Made by a program: the position numbers and the translations under genes. DNA of 64,000 nt from Chloroflexota bacterium (GTDB lineage: Bacteria; Chloroflexota; Limnocylindria; Limnocylindrales; CSP1-4). This document shows, piece after piece, positions 63,363-64,000 of the stretch; within the stretch, counting starts at the first letter, position 1; each line of letters begins with the position of its first letter. The DNA lies in assembly GCA_025351245.1 (NCBI GenBank), contig JANXWH010000133.1, positions 1,450 through 65,449 of the forward strand, given 5' to 3'. The notes beneath the pieces were generated by a model. The model ran no database searches. It saw only the letters and a program-made list of their open reading frames with translations, and had not been told where the DNA came from.

Positions 63363-64000
63363 ATGCAGCAGCAGCACGAAGCACGCCCGCGAGCACGCTC
63401 GGCCTTCAGCGCGGCGTTCCTCAGCCTGCTCTTCCCCGGGCTCGGTCACGCCTACGCGGGGGCCTGGTATCGGGCCGTGGCGTTCGCGGCGACACCCTTC
63501 CTGCTCCTCGCCCTCTTCGCCGGCGCGGCGCTCAGCTACAAGATCGAGATCCTGGGCGTCGCCCTCCAGCCGCCGGTCCTGGTCGGGATCCTGGTCGCCA
63601 ACGTCGTCGCGTACGTCTACCGGATCGTGGCCGCCGTCGATTCCTACCGGGTCGTCCGCTACCTGAACCGGGTCGCCGACGGCGGCGCCGGGCGGCTCGG
63701 GCCGGCCCGTGCGAGCCTCGCCCCGATCTCGCTGGCCGGCCTTCTCGCGGTCATCCTGGTGATGGGCGGCGCCCACGCGGCGGTGGCCTACTACGACCTC
63801 CAGGCCCTGACCGCGGTCGAGGGCATCTTCAACCCGAGCGATACGGGCGGCAGCGGCGGCGGCGCGTCCCCGGCACCGGGCACGCCGGACGCCTCCGTCG
63901 GCACGGCCAGCCGGGAGCCGTCGCTGCCACCCGCATCGGGCGGGGCCGCCGCGGCACCGTCCCCGGTCCCATGGGAAGGGGGCCGCCTGAACGTCCTCCT
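63363..64000 (+). CDS. Membrane protein, partial (runs off the window end); possibly the N-terminal anchor of an LCP-like or other envelope protein
   Basis: Hand translation from the ATG at 63363 gives MQQQHEARPRARSAFSAAFLSLLFPGLGHAYAGAWYRAVAFAATPFLLLALFAGAALSYKIEILGVALQPPVLVGILVANVVAYVYRIVAAV.... It has strong GC3 bias, at least 3 hydrophobic helices, and no stop before 64000. It is not in the ORF track because it is open-ended. Confidence 0.5.
   Translation, partial: MQQQHEARPRARSAFSAAFLSLLFPGLGHAYAGAWYRAVAFAATPFLLLALFAGAALSYKIEILGVALQPPVLVGILVANVVAYVYRIVAAVDSYRVVRYLNRVADGGAGRLGPARASLAPISLAGLLAVILVMGGAHAAVAYYDLQALTAVEGIFNPSDTGGSGGGASPAPGTPDASVGTASREPSLPPASGGAAAAPSPVPWEGGRLNVL

Noticed and set aside
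63232-63776. Track ORFs 63232..63666 (plus strand) and 63354..63776 (minus strand)
   Set aside because: Both translate to Ser/Arg/Pro-rich junk. The convincing frame is the open-ended plus-strand ORF starting at ATG 63363, which shows membrane-helix periodicity and a GC3 codon pattern.
1-64000. Search for CRISPR arrays, IS elements, integrases, toxin-antitoxin or defence-island genes, tRNA and rRNA
   Set aside because: None found. There are no spaced direct repeats, no transposase or integrase-like ORFs, and no tRNA-like T-arm motifs. Every intergenic gap over 100 nt is explained by a promoter, leader or terminator. The window appears to be pure core genome.

Overview
This 64 kb window is very high-GC (about 70-72%) bacterial chromosome made almost entirely of core housekeeping genes. 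I support 63 protein-coding features. Of these, 61 lie on the minus strand; only rpmB and a partial membrane-protein gene at the 3' edge are on the plus strand. Gene order on the minus strand, from high to low coordinate, is: ileS, lspA, rluD, gmk, priA, a hypothetical, def, fmt, rlmN, rpe, dtd; then, convergent with the plus-strand rpmB, yloU(asp23), yloV(fakA-like), recG, rsmD, coaD, a frameshifted coiled-coil gene, yceD, rpmF, plsX, asp23, nusB, acpP, rnc, smc, ftsY, ffh, a 580-aa membrane-anchored unknown, rpsP, a KH-protein gene, rimM, trmD, rplS, rnhB, yraN, rpsB, tsf, pyrH, frr, uppS, cdsA, dxr, rseP, ispG, nusA, ylxR, infB, rbfA, nrnA, truB, ribF, rpsO, pnp, asd, udg4, rnj, ftsK, a rodZ-like gene, cinA-C, yajQ, and a partial TPP-enzyme gene. 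This order closely follows the Bacillus ylo/ylq/ylx clusters and the actinobacterial infB-rbfA-nrnA-truB-ribF-rpsO-pnp block, so the source is probably a high-GC member of the Terrabacteria, most likely a high-GC actinomycete or a Thermomicrobia-like Chloroflexota lineage. I found no rRNA, tRNA, CRISPR array, mobile element or recognisable defence system. The provided ORF track contains many long antisense or N-terminally over-extended ORFs, the longest being 1323 aa antisense to smc. These are artefacts of GC-rich DNA having few stop codons, and I resolved real starts from SD motifs and start/stop overlaps. The most unusual items are: (1) a polynucleotide phosphorylase carrying a complete DnaQ-like DEDDh 3'-5' exonuclease domain inserted in its alpha-helical linker; (2) a 580-aa single-pass extracytoplasmic protein of unknown function inserted in the ffh-rpsP operon; (3) a frameshifted coiled-coil gene between coaD and yceD; (4) a threefold direct repeat (GYRYGTTTGCARG) upstream of rpsO; (5) an intrinsic terminator (attenuator) inside the nusA leader; and (6) a recurring extended -10 element, TGCTATACTCC. 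The findings also cover several non-canonical or ambiguous starts (ylxR, rimM, ribF), a C-terminally extended Rpe, and a set of conserved 3' hairpins.
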